Source: Okamejei kenojei (lineage: Eukaryota). Taken from it: a DNA stretch of 64,000 nt. Positions 63,489 through 64,000 of this stretch are shown here, one piece after another. The stretch's first letter is position 1; each line of letters starts with the position of its first letter. The position numbers were made by a program, and so were the translations under genes. The notes under the pieces are model-generated. The model did not search any database, had not been told where the DNA came from, and was given only the letters and a program-made list of their open reading frames with translations. The stretch lies in contig CM069174.1 in NCBI GenBank assembly GCA_035221665.1, positions 10,168,001 through 10,232,000 on the forward strand, written 5' to 3'.

Positions 63489-64000
63489 ACTCCCCTCTCG
63501 TTTACACTGTCAGTACTTACAATTTTCTTTTTCCTTCTTCAAGTCACACTTGACAAGGGTTTATGAAGTCCCAGACTTCCGTGGCCGTGCCACACGAGTA
63601 GTTGCACTTACTCGGACAATTATTCGCAACAGTTGTCTCTTACCCTTCGTTTTCGTTTTTCCTTTCCTGTACAGTTTCGCGAGAGTACAAAGTGGTTTGT
63701 CAAAATCAAACAGTTTACCTTTTCAGTTTGTCGAGCCCATTCTGATTCCCTCCTCGAGACTTACGACGATACTTTTTTCCTGTCAAGTCCAACTTGACTC
63801 TGAAGTCCCAGACTTCTTTGGCGACCCAATTGCCGGAGTAGTCCAACTACTCTCTTCAGTTGTCCCGGCAATTCTGTATGTCGTCTCTGGTCTCCGAGGA
63901 AGGTAACTAAATACAACTCAGCAAAGTCAAAATTACTTAACCCGGGTCCGTTTCCTACGGAACATTCAGTTTTATCTCGGTCGTGTCGATTGGACCCCGT

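Larger units (their letters stand above)
58344..64000 (-). mobile_element. Defective endogenous retrovirus (epsilon-like gag/pol, gamma-type env), antisense in CERS intron 4; 5' LTR lies outside the window
   Basis: gag, RNase H, integrase, env, PPT and LTR occur in canonical order on the - strand. Confidence 0.95.

Overview
Repeat-rich vertebrate genomic DNA, most likely from a cartilaginous fish (skate/ray-like, inferred from HE1-type V-SINEs sharing a 3' tail with CR1/HER1 LINEs). Two spliced host genes lie head-to-head with start codons about 18.3 kb apart. On the - strand are exons 1-3 of an STK39/SPAK-like Ste20 kinase (16185..1449, continuing left out of the window). On the + strand are exons 1-4 of a ceramide synthase of the CERS5/CERS6 group (34530..55369, continuing right). 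All exon phases join in frame with GT-AG boundaries. The intergenic region holds a DIRS1-type tyrosine-recombinase retrotransposon (25689-29760) with complete termini/ICR and internal deletions, inserted into an old CR1 LINE, plus a hAT-like non-autonomous element next to the CERS promoter. CERS intron 4 holds an antisense, internally deleted epsilon-like endogenous retrovirus (gag, RNase H, integrase, env, 3' LTR). The most interesting non-coding signal is a family of about 16 Penelope-derived tails carrying a minimal hammerhead-ribozyme motif (CUGAAGA-stem-GAAACGUY), several arranged as fold-back inverted pairs. The kinase/CERS pair may be a retained ohnolog of the mammalian STK39-CERS6 pair. 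Most short ORFs in the supplied track are spurious. Family assignments come from recalled motifs, not from database searches.
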